IMG/VR virus record: IMGVR_UViG_3300007770_000006
Strand: one strand, 5' to 3'
Origin: an uncultured virus (IMG/VR IMGVR_UViG_3300007770_000006)
Taxonomy: Duplodnaviria > Heunggongvirae > Uroviricota > Caudoviricetes
DNA length: 64,000 nucleotides
How positions within the stretch are numbered: the first letter of the stretch is position 1; every line of letters begins with the position of its first letter. Positions 57,318 to 64,000 of this stretch are shown piece by piece. A program made the position numbers and the translations under genes. The notes under the pieces were generated by a model. The model ran no database searches. It was not told the origin of the DNA and saw only the letters and a list, made by a program, of their open reading frames with translations.

Positions 57318-57803
57318 TTAACTCTCGTCGTTCAGCCGGATCAGACTCTGCATTCCCGCCCCGATCTGGCTGGCGAAGCGGGCGCAGAAAGGGATCACGG
57401 CCCGCACAAGATCCTCGATCGACAGCTCGTCGAGCGGGTCGCCTTCGATTGCGTCGGGGTACGCGGCGGCGAACACTGCGCCGAGCCCGTCTGCGATGCT
57501 CTCGTCGGTTGCGAGCGAAGCGACGACCGACACGATCTCGCTAGTGCCGCTGTTAGCGGGGGTAAGACCCTTGATCGCGCGCTGCACGTCTTCCCGCTCG
57601 AACAGCTCGCGCAACGCGCGGAACGCCCGAACCTGACGGCGCGCGGGCAGCGCGGTGGGCAGACTCAGCGCGCTGCCGCTGAACGTGCGGATCTCGGTCG
57701 TGCCGTCGGGCACGAGCAGATCCAGCAGTGTCTCGACGCGATCGAGAAACGCGGTGGGATCGTTCGGTGCTGAATCAGGGGACTGGCTGTCGGTTGCGGA
57801 CAC
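57318..57803 (-). CDS. Tail assembly chaperone (gpG-like)
   Basis: Between tail tube and tape measure. Confidence 0.7.
   Translation of the reverse strand: MSATDSQSPDSAPNDPTAFLDRVETLLDLLVPDGTTEIRTFSGSALSLPTALPARRQVRAFRALRELFEREDVQRAIKGLTPANSGTSEIVSVVASLATDESIADGLGAVFAAAYPDAIEGDPLDELSIEDLVRAVIPFCARFASQIGAGMQSLIRLNDES
57387..57393 (-). promoter_or_regulatory. -1 ribosomal frameshift slippery heptamer C CCT TTC
   Basis: X XXY YYZ in correct phase; -1 frame has no stop until 57007. Confidence 0.7.
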
Positions 57804-57887
57804 TGCGCCTCCGGGGCGTGCGGTTCCGGATCAGCGTATCACGCTGACTCGGCAGCACCACCCATCGGCGCAGACTCAGCGTCGAGA

Positions 57888-58442
57888 CTACAGCTCGCGA
57901 ACGATCTTCATCAGCTGATCGGTCGCCGGCAGCGCGTTGCTGCCCCAATCGGTCGTGACGCGCTGAGCGTTGTAGGAATACTCGAACCCGTGCTCATCGT
58001 GACCGAACGGCAGCGCCAGCCCAGCCTCGGAAACGACCTCCCAGAGATACACATTCATCGTGTTACCGGAAACCGCCATGTAGTGCTGGATGTGCATGGC
58101 GAGCCGCGTGACGATCGGATCGCCGCCCCAGGCAAACGTCTCGGACACGCCCGCAGAGACGGTCGTGGTTCCAGCGCCGAGAGCGTGGCCGAACCGGTCA
58201 AAATTCCACTCGATCCCGCTGACCTTCGCCATCACGCTCTGCGCCTGCGTGAACGTGTAGACACTGATCTTGGGGTTGCCCTGCGAGATTGAGCGCTTCT
58301 CGCTGGACACCTCGATGGACACGCCGTCCTCGGTGATCGAGCCCACGTCGGTTGTGGGCGTCGCGCCGGCCACGCCCATGTAGAGCACGGCGGGTCCAAA
58401 GCTGATGTCGTTGGTGGTGACTGTCGGGACGTTGTACGGCAT
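57888..58442 (-). CDS. Major tail tube protein
   Basis: ISFGPAVLY...DVGSITEDGV; canonical position. Confidence 0.8.
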   Translation of the reverse strand: MPYNVPTVTTNDISFGPAVLYMGVAGATPTTDVGSITEDGVSIEVSSEKRSISQGNPKISVYTFTQAQSVMAKVSGIEWNFDRFGHALGAGTTTVSAGVSETFAWGGDPIVTRLAMHIQHYMAVSGNTMNVYLWEVVSEAGLALPFGHDEHGFEYSYNAQRVTTDWGSNALPATDQLMKIVREL

Positions 58443-58546
58443 CGGGTGATCCTCGATTCGACGGATTCACCGCTCGCGCCTGATCAGCGTCCCTGGCGGT
58501 TGTACGCTTGAACCCTACCACGAGCCCGCCCCGCCGTCCAGACGGG

Positions 58547-58924
58547 CTATTTCTTCGCGTCGATACGGGCCGCCGTTCGGGTGTCGCGTAGCTCGTTCAC
58601 TTCCGCGCAGCGCCGACATGGAACGCGGGTGCTGCCGCCAATCCCAGGCGTCGAGTAGACCACCAGCTCTTTGTACCGAATCCGCAGCTCGTCCGTGTCC
58701 GGGTTATACACGCCGAGGCGTGCGCCACAGTTTCTGCATGACCACACGGTGTCGCGCATCTTCGCCAGCTTGCCGTCGTCAGCGTCCGCGCTGTGTTGCA
58801 GCAGCAGTAGCTGAACGGTCTGGTGCGTTGCTGCGAGTGCAGACTGCAGGTCAGGCAGCGCCTCTGCGACTCTCGCGGCCTGTAGCTCCAGAGCCATTAG
58901 CCGTTCGTTCGTGTCTGTGCTCAC
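58547..58924 (-). CDS. Zinc-ribbon protein (Com-like C-terminus)
   Basis: CRNCGARLG...CRRCAEVN. Confidence 0.6.
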   Translation of the reverse strand: MSTDTNERLMALELQAARVAEALPDLQSALAATHQTVQLLLLQHSADADDGKLAKMRDTVWSCRNCGARLGVYNPDTDELRIRYKELVVYSTPGIGGSTRVPCRRCAEVNELRDTRTAARIDAKK

Positions 58925-59124
58925 CGAGCACCCCCCATTGTGCGCGGTATACGCACGCTCGCGCCGCACTCTGCGCAACGTGAGTCTCTGAACTGTAGAC
59001 TCGTAGCGTCGAGCGGGGCCTGCTCCCGGATCTTTGCCACGACGTGCCCGCTCGGGCATAAAATGCGCGTTTCGTCTGCGCGTTTCGTCTGCGCTGATGC
59101 TGCGGCCCAAGACTGACTCTGCAT
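58921..59124 (-). CDS. Small zinc-ribbon protein
   Basis: CPSGH...CAEC. Confidence 0.5.
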   Translation of the reverse strand: MQSQSWAAASAQTKRADETRILCPSGHVVAKIREQAPLDATSLQFRDSRCAECGASVRIPRTMGGAR

Positions 59125-59546
59125 TACGATCTCCTGCCGGCCCGAACGACCCACAGACCCTCGCACCAGTGCGCGCGGGCCTGCTCGTTCCACCCGGACT
59201 CCGGGCGCTGCTGTTCGAGAGCATAGCCCGCCGAGCTTACGCCGTCCCGACGCAGAGTCTGATGATGCAGCGCTGCGTGGCACAGATCGTACAGTCGCAT
59301 TGCTTCGCCGAGCGAGCCGCGATGATACGTGTAGAGAAACAGGGTCGCCGTCTGGAATCCGCTCGTGGGGCTCGCTCCACCCCCCTCCAGCTCCAGAATG
59401 ATCAGCGGGTAGACGGTCGACCGGTCGTCCGGTGTTCGCGGGTGCGCGCCGAGAACGCGGCCCCCTACGATCTCTGAAATGGCAGCGTCTGTCATCAGCT
59501 TATGACGGAGTAGGGCGATCAGCTCCTGTGTGTCTGCAAACGCCAC
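59124..59546 (-). CDS. Tail terminator/completion protein
   Basis: LMTDAAISEIVGGRV...YPLII; position. Confidence 0.7.
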   Translation of the reverse strand: MAFADTQELIALLRHKLMTDAAISEIVGGRVLGAHPRTPDDRSTVYPLIILELEGGGASPTSGFQTATLFLYTYHRGSLGEAMRLYDLCHAALHHQTLRRDGVSSAGYALEQQRPESGWNEQARAHWCEGLWVVRAGRRS

Positions 59547-59549
59547 GCC

Positions 59550-60104
59550 CTACCTCGTTCCGCCGAATCTCAGGCCGGCTTGTGTTCGCATAACGCGACC
59601 GAACATGACCACCGCGATCTTGAACAGCTTTTTTCTCATGTCCGGCGAGTATATCGCGCCGCCGAGAACGTCGCGCCCGAGCATGATCTTGGTGCCGAGA
59701 ATCACATGCCGCACATAGCTGGGCGGGCTACTATCGAAGCCGATGCGAAACTTATAATGAACGCCGCCGCCCGCGCCGCCCGGGCGGCGGACCAGCTTGC
59801 CGTCGAGCGACTGTGCGAGCCGCCCGCTATGTGTATGCACAACATGCGGCTCGCCTGGATGAACGCGGATCGCACCGTGTCTGCGGGCGTACGGGTGATC
59901 GAGCCGGGCGAGATCTTCGAGAGTGTGATCCCGTTTCAACACGTCGCGGCGCACCCGATCGAGCGCAACAGCGCCCATGCCCTGTAGGGCAAGACGGGTC
60001 GCCGTCTTCAGTCTGCCCTTCTTGATCTCGCGCAGATTGAAAGAAACGAGCCCGGCACCGTGCAGAATCGTCTTGGTCGCCGCCTTCGACACACTCGCCC
60101 CCAC
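59550..60104 (-). CDS. Neck/tail completion protein (HK97 gp10-like)
   Basis: HSGRLAQSL...YVRHVILGTKIM; basic; position. Confidence 0.6.
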   Translation of the reverse strand: MGASVSKAATKTILHGAGLVSFNLREIKKGRLKTATRLALQGMGAVALDRVRRDVLKRDHTLEDLARLDHPYARRHGAIRVHPGEPHVVHTHSGRLAQSLDGKLVRRPGGAGGGVHYKFRIGFDSSPPSYVRHVILGTKIMLGRDVLGGAIYSPDMRKKLFKIAVVMFGRVMRTQAGLRFGGTR

Positions 60105-63038
60105 TCACCCCTGATTCTGCACTCCTGACGCGGGCGCGTCCACCGCGATCGTCTGCTGAACGGTCGGGCCGGCCATCGGCAGACTCTGCGCAGAGTCTGC
60201 GAGCGCCGCCGCGGCGGCAGACTCAGCGAGATCGATCAGCTCGTCGAGGTTCACGTCCGGCGGCACCGTGGCACCGCGGCGCGCGGCCCCCAGCACGGGC
60301 TGATCGGGCGCGTGCTGACTCAGCGTTTCGACGAGCTGAATCGTGGCGTCGCGCAGCTCGTGCGCCGGGCTCAGACGCTCGGCAGCCGCGGCGAGCAGCT
60401 GCCGACCCTTGCGCAAGTGATGCAGCGCCGCCTCGCGGAACGGCAGGTAACCGTTGCCCGCGGTGCGCAGCGCGATCTCGTAGCAGCGCCACTGTTCGTC
60501 AAACAGCCCGTCATTCCCGAACTGCAGCCCGAGCGACACCCACGCGCCCGGGCTTGTGAGCGGCGCATCGCGAATCTGCAGACTCAGCAGCCGGGTGTAC
60601 CGGACGAGCTTCTGCTGGGTTGCCGCGTCGCCGCGACTCAGCCCCAGGTGTTCGATGATGAACGGCGCATAGCGCACATTCGGGTGGACGCCGCTCGCGC
60701 CGAGTCTCGCGAGCCCGTGCTCCAGCGTTTCGTGGACGCGACCGTTGAACCGCAAGATTCCGCCGTCGAGCCGGAACATGCGGGTATTCTCGCTCCAGTT
60801 GAACGTGCCGCCCGGGCGGTAGTTTCTGAAGCGGAACATCCATGCCCAGCCGTTCGCACACTCTGCGAGTCTGCGGATCGAAACGAGCGTGGCAAACGCC
60901 GGTGCCATGTGTTCGTCGGGGTCCATGACCCAGCACCAGCCGCACCCGAGCCGGCGCAGCTCGTCGACGCCGGCATTTCGGGCGGCCGCCAGATCGTCGT
61001 CGAGCGGGTGCGAGATCCAGCGCGCGCCGAACCGGGCGGCGATGTATTGCATGTCGTCGGACGGCGCAGAGTCTTCCGGCCCGGTCCAGACGAGCACGAT
61101 TTGATCGGCCACGCCGTAACTAAGATCCAGCCAGCGCATGAGATCGTGGGACTGCTCGCCCGCGTGCCAAAGCATTGTGAGCCCGATCCCGTTGTCGGGA
61201 CGGTACGCCTGCATGGACATGCCCTCCTCGTCGACGAGATGAGCGTAGCCGCCGCGACTCTGCGACGTTCCCTGAGTCAGCATCGCGTCAGGGTTGCGGT
61301 CGATCTGCATATAGCGCTGATACTTGCGCCGGCGGTCCTGCGGGCGCATGTACCCGTAATGACGCCAGCGCCAAGCGGCGACGCGCTTTGCGTTCTGTCC
61401 GGTGTCGGGCACGTTGCCGCAGTGCAGCCCGATCTCGTTCCCAGCGATGATCTGCTGGTGCTCCGAATGCATCACGCGCCACAGACGGAACCCGCGCATA
61501 CTCGAAGTCCAGCCGTGCGCCCACGGAGCGTCGACACGGGCCAGCCGCGGGCTGTCCCAATGATTGATCCAGCCGGTGTCGTAGTGTGTGACCGCGGGAT
61601 CGGGGTGCCGAGTCAGGCGGCGCAGGTGTCCGCGGGTGATCCGGTCCTCGGGGATCTCGTCGTGATCGACGCTCAGCATCCAGTCGGGCTGCAGAGTCAT
61701 GCCGAGCTGAATCGCGGCGTTCCGCTCGTCGCGCTCGTTCCACGTTTCGGCCCGATGAAGACTCGCGACCGTGTCGACACCCGGCGCTATCTCGGCGAGA
61801 TACGCATTCAGCGCAGACACGATGGACTCAGAATCGGCCGAGTCAGCACACGCGGCGACGAGCTTTGCGTCCGTCGCAGACATGCGACCCCGATCGCTCT
61901 CCCACTCCGCGTTCGAGACTACGTCTGCGGGGTTGTTCGTCGCGAGAATCGCGATCCCGTCGACAAGCTGCGCGACCCGGCGCAGAGACATCGAGAGCAT
62001 CGAGACATCCCAGGGAACGTCCCACTTCATGCGGTAGATCGCGACGACGCGATGATCGCGGTCAGTAGTGGATTCCCACTGCCGCAGATACTCGGCAGCG
62101 TTGCCGAGCCCGCGCTGCGCCTCGGGAAAGTGCGCGTCCAGAGTCTGATGACCCAGGTGATGCACATACGTCTGACCGGCGATCACAAGCCGCCAGCCGG
62201 CGTGCTGCGCCCGAACGGCGATGTCATTGTCGTCGTAGCCGCCGATTGCGAACGCGGGATTGAGCAGACACGCATCGCCGCTTTCGTCGATGAACAGCAT
62301 GTCAGCGATGCACGCGCGACGGTACACGACACAGAGCCCGGACAGAAAGCTCGCGCTCATGGGGTACGGGTTCCCCTTGCGCGTGAAATCGGCCGCGAAG
62401 CGCTCAAGCATACGCGGCCCGTCGTTCGTGAATGCCGCGCCGTTCGTGAACTTCATATCCGGGGCCGTCACCTTCTGAAGACCACAAACCTCGTTCGAGC
62501 ACGGGCCGACCATGCCGATCTTTCCGTACGACTCAGCTGCGCGCGGCGGGGCGGCGTCGCCCGCCGGACCAACCTCCCCCTGCTGAATGATGAATTCGGG
62601 ATCGAGCGCGTTACCCATGCGGGCCAGCCAGCCGGTCGTGACGAGAACGTCATCGTTGATGATCGCGACCACTTCGGGCATTCCGTCGACGCACAGCGCG
62701 CGAACGCCCGCGTTGACTGCGCCGGTCCAGCCGGCGGCGGCGGGCAGCTCGACCCAGCGCAGATCCACCGCCGAGTCACCGAATGCGTTGGCACTGTCGA
62801 CGAGAGCGCCGATCTGACCTTTCACAATCCCGACGAGCGGAACGGTGGCCGCCACCGGGTTTATCACGATCAGCAGTTGCCAGCTCTGCAGTGTCGTCGC
62901 TTCGAGCAGCCGCTGCACACAGCCGATCAGCAGCTCGGGATCTCCGACGGTCGGGATCATGACGACCGCTTGGCACTGATCGTCGCCCATGTTGCGAACG
63001 TGCGGGGCCGGGCCGCGGCCCGTTGACTCTGCGCTCAT
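60105..63038 (-). CDS. Multidomain family-2 glycosyltransferase (three GT-A domains plus TPR-like helices)
   Basis: IINDDV/GGYDDND; WMLSVDHDE/HYGY; AARNAG/WVMDPDE/GRVHE. Confidence 0.88.
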   Translation of the reverse strand: MSAESTGRGPAPHVRNMGDDQCQAVVMIPTVGDPELLIGCVQRLLEATTLQSWQLLIVINPVAATVPLVGIVKGQIGALVDSANAFGDSAVDLRWVELPAAAGWTGAVNAGVRALCVDGMPEVVAIINDDVLVTTGWLARMGNALDPEFIIQQGEVGPAGDAAPPRAAESYGKIGMVGPCSNEVCGLQKVTAPDMKFTNGAAFTNDGPRMLERFAADFTRKGNPYPMSASFLSGLCVVYRRACIADMLFIDESGDACLLNPAFAIGGYDDNDIAVRAQHAGWRLVIAGQTYVHHLGHQTLDAHFPEAQRGLGNAAEYLRQWESTTDRDHRVVAIYRMKWDVPWDVSMLSMSLRRVAQLVDGIAILATNNPADVVSNAEWESDRGRMSATDAKLVAACADSADSESIVSALNAYLAEIAPGVDTVASLHRAETWNERDERNAAIQLGMTLQPDWMLSVDHDEIPEDRITRGHLRRLTRHPDPAVTHYDTGWINHWDSPRLARVDAPWAHGWTSSMRGFRLWRVMHSEHQQIIAGNEIGLHCGNVPDTGQNAKRVAAWRWRHYGYMRPQDRRRKYQRYMQIDRNPDAMLTQGTSQSRGGYAHLVDEEGMSMQAYRPDNGIGLTMLWHAGEQSHDLMRWLDLSYGVADQIVLVWTGPEDSAPSDDMQYIAARFGARWISHPLDDDLAAARNAGVDELRRLGCGWCWVMDPDEHMAPAFATLVSIRRLAECANGWAWMFRFRNYRPGGTFNWSENTRMFRLDGGILRFNGRVHETLEHGLARLGASGVHPNVRYAPFIIEHLGLSRGDAATQQKLVRYTRLLSLQIRDAPLTSPGAWVSLGLQFGNDGLFDEQWRCYEIALRTAGNGYLPFREAALHHLRKGRQLLAAAAERLSPAHELRDATIQLVETLSQHAPDQPVLGAARRGATVPPDVNLDELIDLAESAAAAALADSAQSLPMAGPTVQQTIAVDAPASGVQNQG

Positions 63039-63095
63039 TTCACCTCCAGGGGCGTGTCTGCACAGACTGTATCACCGCGCGTCAGCGCGGGCCAA

Positions 63096-63725
63096 TCATG
63101 TGTCTCTGCGGGTCAGACTCAGCGTCCAGTGAGCTGCAGACACGCCGAACCCGATCCGGGTTTCCTGCACAGACTGAATCAGCCACTCATCGCCCGACAC
63201 GGGCTCGATCACGATGTCGCCGACACGCGGTGTCCAGACTTCCTCGTATCCGATCAGAACGTCGAACGAGCCCGACTCGTGGGTGCCGGATTTCGCCGCT
63301 CGCCAGTTTGCGCCGCCACGCTGACGAAACAGCGCCGGCCGGCCCGTCGCCACGGCGGTTCGCTGAAGCTGCGCGCCGCCGTCTGCTCCGACCGTCGAGA
63401 TCGCAACCGTCGGCGGCGACGATTCATCGTGCAGACCCGCTGTCGCGATCGTGGGCGTCGTTCCGGCCTTCCATCGGCCGGTCGTCTGCTGCGCCCCGTT
63501 GCCGGTGAACGTCAGCGACTCGACCTGCGCCGAGTCGTCGGGCGCTGTTCCAGTGATCGTGACCGATCCGGTTCCGTCTGTGCCGCCGGCGATCTCGACT
63601 TGCAGAAAGCACTCGGCCCGGATCTCTCTGTCCAGAGTCATCGCCGCCGCCGCAGTCGCAGCGTCGAGAACGAACGCAGAGCGCCGATACACGTCCAGAT
63701 AGCGATTCGCTGAGCTGAAGATCAT
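63096..63725 (-). CDS. Head closure/head-tail joining protein
   Basis: C-terminal PRVGDIV...EWLIQSV...HWTLSL; position. Confidence 0.55.
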   Translation of the reverse strand: MIFSSANRYLDVYRRSAFVLDAATAAAAMTLDREIRAECFLQVEIAGGTDGTGSVTITGTAPDDSAQVESLTFTGNGAQQTTGRWKAGTTPTIATAGLHDESSPPTVAISTVGADGGAQLQRTAVATGRPALFRQRGGANWRAAKSGTHESGSFDVLIGYEEVWTPRVGDIVIEPVSGDEWLIQSVQETRIGFGVSAAHWTLSLTRRDT

Positions 63726-64000
63726 GATTCGGGCTCTGTCTGTTTGATTCCCCAACCGTCCCGGCCGGGCTTCTCGATGAACATAGAGTGACCGCGCAGA
63801 TACTCGCTATGGTACGGCAATTCGTAGCAGTCTGCACGACACGCGGCGGCCTGCCATGATCGCCAATGCCACAGCTTGAACCGCGAGATCGAGCGGATCG
63901 GGCATCGCGGAACGTGCCGATACTTGACGAATTCGTGCGCCGGCTCGCCGCGCTGTGCCCAGCCAACGCGCCGCTCGCTCGCTTCGATCTCGCCGCTCGG
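63722..64000 (-). CDS. 3' end of an upstream gene (partial), weakly sulfotransferase/P-loop-like
   Basis: Open frame from window edge: ...EIEASERRVGW...ELPYHSEYLRGHSMFIEKPGRDGWGIKQT; ATGA overlap with next gene. Confidence 0.4.
   Translation of the reverse strand, partial: PSGEIEASERRVGWAQRGEPAHEFVKYRHVPRCPIRSISRFKLWHWRSWQAAACRADCYELPYHSEYLRGHSMFIEKPGRDGWGIKQTEPES

Larger units (their letters stand above)
1..64000 (-). mobile_element. Tailed phage/prophage genome segment (siphovirus-like)
   Basis: Tape measure, tail tube, holin, endolysin, primase-helicase and Sak4/SSB/exonuclease genes; tightly packed co-directional genes; no host housekeeping genes. Confidence 0.95.

Noticed and set aside
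60312..63026. 904-aa plus-strand ORF (also 48950-51022, 33217-34668, 39726-41543, 55867-57018)
   Set aside because: Antisense shadows of well-supported minus-strand genes in high-GC DNA; no motifs
1..64000. tRNA/rRNA genes, att sites and host assignment
   Set aside because: None recognisable by eye; no prophage boundary in the window; host cannot be determined from this sequence alone

Overview
The window is almost entirely one large, GC-rich (roughly 70% by eye) tailed-phage or prophage genome segment of siphovirus type, transcribed almost wholly on the minus strand. In transcription order (right to left) it holds: head-tail joining genes with a triple-domain GT2 glycosyltransferase inserted among them; tail tube, chaperones with a -1 slippery site, tape measure and tail-tip proteins; holin and spanin-like genes; an early block (DUF3150-like protein, MoxR/RavA AAA+, VWA, sigma factor, XRE HTH, RecU, AEP/Zn-finger protein); displaced fibre-like genes; a replication/recombination block (SF2 helicase, Cas4/AddB-like nuclease, Sak4, SSB-like, primase-helicase, serine recombinase, ParB-like, PLD, HNH, RmlC, RecD-like helicase); many small hypothetical genes; a ~1 kb repeat-rich non-coding region; three DNA methyltransferases, one on a foreign insert; a beta clamp; and an amidase endolysin. 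Main findings: (1) a palindrome, TAACC-N7-GGTTA, sits 28-54 nt upstream of six scattered genes and may define a dispersed regulon; (2) a possible virion glycosylation system; (3) a captured C5 methyltransferase with a truncated partner gene; (4) a membrane-anchored fragment of a tail-fibre domain. No capsid, terminase, tyrosine integrase, CRISPR array, tRNA or rRNA was seen. Functional calls come from motif recognition only; no searches were run.
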